DNA of 42,164 nucleotides from a virus, in IMG/VR virus record IMGVR_UViG_3300011438_000009, positions 1-42,164 of that record, one strand, 5' to 3'. This document shows, piece after piece, positions 39,909 through 42,164 of this stretch. The notes under the pieces are model-generated. The model was given only the letters and a program-made list of their open reading frames with translations. It had not been told where the DNA came from and ran no database searches. Each line of letters opens with the position of its first letter. Positions within the stretch are counted from its first letter, which is position 1. Both the position numbers and the translations under genes were made by a program.

Positions 39909-41648
39909 CTAGCCCCCGCTGCGGCGCTGCCGCCGTTCGTGGCGCTTGATCTCCAGCTCCGCAGCGCCGGGGCCGTAAACCTCGTCAAAGAACTTGCGCA
40001 TCGCCGTGGACTGCTCCGGCGGTGTGGTCAGCAGCTTGTTGATATGGTCCGGGGGTGCTACCGGCCGCGGATTGGTGGCGTAGTTCAGCTCCTGCGGGTG
40101 CCCGCCGAGGTACTTGTCAACCATGTCCTCGTACTTGTTGACCTTCATGTTGTTGATCTCGGCGGAGCGGTCCATCAGGCGCTGGATGGTCTTCATCTGC
40201 AGGTTCGGGTCGGATCCCTGCATACCCTGCGCGATCAACAGATCGGAGTTGGACACCACGCCGCCCGCGCCGTTGATGGTTTGTATCGCCTCCGACAGAC
40301 CAGCCTTCAACGCCGCGCTCATCGTCTCGGTATTGGCGGCGAGATCCGGTCCCATGCCGTTCTTGAGCGCCCATGTCGCGAACTTGTCCGCGGCGACCTT
40401 GAAGTTCGCGCCGTAGCCGGTGATGACGCCCTCGCGCATCGCCTTGCGCGCCAGTTGCTGCGCGTCCTGCGCCTTGACCGCCTGCGTCGCGATGTCCCGC
40501 TCCTTGTCCATGCGCGGGTAAAACTGCTCCGGCGTCTGGCCGGTGCGGCGGACGATGTTGGCCCTCTCCAGCTCCAGCGCCTGCTCGGCCTGCCACTTCG
40601 GCGTCTGCTGCGTTTTCCACTGCTCATACACCGTGTTGTGCTTGGCGCGTTCGCTTTCGTACTCCTTCAACTTGATGGCGTCCTTCTGGGCGCGGTCCTT
40701 CTCCAGCTCGCCGGCCTGCCGTTCGAGGTAGTCCACGATCGCCGGGTCTTCGCCCATGGAACGGCGTCGGATGGCCTCCATCGTGAACGCCCTCTGCTCC
40801 CTGCTCTCGGGCGTGCGATCGGGCGGCCGCGGCGGCAGCGGCTCCTTGTAGACCGGCGGCGGGGCCTCGGATGGCTGACGCGACTGGGCACTGAACTCGG
40901 TAGCCCGCGGCGGCGTCGCGATGTCCGCCACGATCGGGCGGTTGGCTGCCGCTTCAGGAGGGGAACCAAGGTCTTCCGGGCTGAAAGTTGAGGGCATAGC
41001 GGCGGGGGATTGGCCCCCGCCTAACAGAGGGTTTTGTGGCGCCACCCCCGGGCGCTGCTGTTGCATAACCTGTTGAGCCAGCGCGTTGCGGACGCCGGGG
41101 TCGGCCGCAGGCGGCGCCTGCTGGATGCCGACCGGCGGTGCGTCGGAAGCGGTGTCAGGCGACGTCAGCGAGGCGGTCTGGGGATAGGCGAGGTCGCCGC
41201 CCCCTTCCGGTGGCGGCACGACTTCGGCGGCTTGCTGGGGCTGCTGGGGCGGCGGCAGGGCCACCTGCGCGCCACTGAGCCAGTCCGGTTCGGCGGCCGC
41301 GGTCTGCACCGGCGCGGCGGCTGCGGGCGGCGCCGCATCTGCCCCGGCGCCGGGGACGACCGCTGCCGGCGCGCTGCCGGCGCCGGGCACCGGCGCAGGG
41401 AACATGGACGGGATCGCCGCCCGTCGGGCATCCTCGGATCGCTGGGCCGCCATCAGCTGCTGCATCTGGCTGCGATCGCCGATGGCATCTCCGATCGCGG
41501 TCAAGCCCTCTCCGAGGTTCTTCGGGTAGCCTTTGCGACCGCTCTGCCCCAGCATCGCCATCGCGATGCGCTTGCGCAGCTCAAGCTGCTGGTAGCTGTC
41601 CGGCGAGGCCGGGTCCGCGCCGGCGCGGAAGAAACCTTCTGCCATCAT
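39909..41648 (-). CDS. Internal virion or ejection-type protein (579 aa), P/A/Q-rich N-terminal half
   Basis: ATGA overlap with the upstream gene. The first half is disordered and the second half is helical. No enzymatic motif recognised. Confidence 0.8.
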   Translation of the reverse strand: MMAEGFFRAGADPASPDSYQQLELRKRIAMAMLGQSGRKGYPKNLGEGLTAIGDAIGDRSQMQQLMAAQRSEDARRAAIPSMFPAPVPGAGSAPAAVVPGAGADAAPPAAAAPVQTAAAEPDWLSGAQVALPPPQQPQQAAEVVPPPEGGGDLAYPQTASLTSPDTASDAPPVGIQQAPPAADPGVRNALAQQVMQQQRPGVAPQNPLLGGGQSPAAMPSTFSPEDLGSPPEAAANRPIVADIATPPRATEFSAQSRQPSEAPPPVYKEPLPPRPPDRTPESREQRAFTMEAIRRRSMGEDPAIVDYLERQAGELEKDRAQKDAIKLKEYESERAKHNTVYEQWKTQQTPKWQAEQALELERANIVRRTGQTPEQFYPRMDKERDIATQAVKAQDAQQLARKAMREGVITGYGANFKVAADKFATWALKNGMGPDLAANTETMSAALKAGLSEAIQTINGAGGVVSNSDLLIAQGMQGSDPNLQMKTIQRLMDRSAEINNMKVNKYEDMVDKYLGGHPQELNYATNPRPVAPPDHINKLLTTPPEQSTAMRKFFDEVYGPGAAELEIKRHERRQRRSGG

Positions 41649-41896
41649 ACGCTCCCTTGCGGCATCAATATCGCCAATCGCCGCTGCCGCTCGGCTTCCT
41701 CGTACTGCTGCTGCATCAGCGCCTGCTGCTGTGCCTGCGCCGGGTCAACCGTCGGTGCGGGCGCCGGCGCGGCCGCCGCAGCCATCGCGCGCTGCTGCTG
41801 CGCCTGCTTCTGCGCCATCAGCTGCCGGGCGATCTGCTTGCGCAGCTCGGCCTGCTGAAACCCCAGTGCAGCGATCTCTTTCGGCACGTTGACCAT
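41645..41896 (-). CDS. Small Q/A-rich protein (83 aa)
   Basis: ATG 41896 directly abuts GAGGAG. GTG 41887, 9 nt downstream, is an alternative start. Confidence 0.6.
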   Translation of the reverse strand: MVNVPKEIAALGFQQAELRKQIARQLMAQKQAQQQRAMAAAAAPAPAPTVDPAQAQQQALMQQQYEEAERQRRLAILMPQGSV

Positions 41897-41900
41897 CTCC

Positions 41901-42164
41901 TCACGCTGCCCTCAGTATGCTGCCCATCACCTTCGCCGGATAGATGTGCTTGACGCCGCCGCGCTCGGTGACCGCCGACGGGTCGATCTTCTCGACGTCC
42001 TGCGCCATCGGTCCGATGTGCCGCGTCGACGACGGGTCGTCCTTGTAGCTGTATTCGTAGATCGGCAGCTTCTTGCGCGCGCGATCAGTGTTGGCGGCGA
42101 ACACGGTGGCGATGCGGTCGATGTCTTCTTTCTCGCGGCGGTCCGACTTTATCATGCCGGCGCC
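41901..42164 (-). CDS. C-terminal 87 codons plus stop of the junction-spanning Q/N-rich protein: Peptidase_S74-like chaperone domain
   Basis: ..GAGMIKSDRREKEDIDRIATVFAANTDRARKKLPIYEYSYKDDPSSTRHIGPMAQDVEKIDPSAVTERGGVKHI.. matches the SDxRxKxxI...Y.YK...hiG..AQ-V pattern. The frame is open to the window end and continues at nt 124 onward. Confidence 0.85.
   Translation of the reverse strand, partial: GAGMIKSDRREKEDIDRIATVFAANTDRARKKLPIYEYSYKDDPSSTRHIGPMAQDVEKIDPSAVTERGGVKHIYPAKVMGSILRAA
42042..42164. repeat. Terminal direct repeat, copy 2 (identical to 1..123)
   Basis: See copy 1. Confidence 0.9.

Noticed and set aside
1-42164. Lysogeny module (integrase, excisionase, CI-type switch), tRNA genes, CRISPR arrays
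   Set aside because: No ORF shows integrase, recombinase or transposase motifs, and no attP-like or tRNA-like sequence was found by eye. The lifestyle cannot be called temperate from this sequence, and the small HTH genes alone are insufficient.

Overview
The window is a complete tailed-phage genome with podovirus-like architecture, in a high-GC background. Nt 1..123 are identical to 42042..42164, and a minus-strand ORF reads continuously across that junction, so the sequence closes into a circle with a unique length of 42,041 bp. I see six transcription units. (A) An approximately 26-kb minus-strand train runs from 19417 through the junction to 35379. In order it carries: an orphan gene plus an HTH gene, TerS-like, TerL, ParB-like nuclease, portal, an ART-like protein, a 604-aa protein, two Ig-like (IPT/TIG) proteins, scaffold, major capsid, tail and internal-virion proteins, a GNAT, two Peptidase_S74-chaperoned fibre-like proteins, and a holin/TM/GH24 endolysin cassette. 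(B) Plus strand, 19589..20920. (C) Minus strand, 24217..20977: VRR-NUC, PrimPol/helicase, and one small gene. (D) Plus strand, 24299..30379: Cas4-like DUF2800 nuclease, a 299-aa protein, family-A DNA polymerase, and an SNF2 helicase. (E) Minus strand, 33171..30376: HTH, a secreted protein, a Zn-ribbon protein, a GcrA-like regulator, two tandem small paralogs, and a lower-GC orphan. (F) Plus strand, 33277..35378: small early genes. I found no tRNA, rRNA, CRISPR array, integrase, reverse transcriptase or phage RNA polymerase. The GcrA homolog points to an alphaproteobacterial host. All functional calls come from motif recognition by eye, because no searches could be run. Many long ORFs in the supplied track are GC-driven antisense shadows and were rejected.
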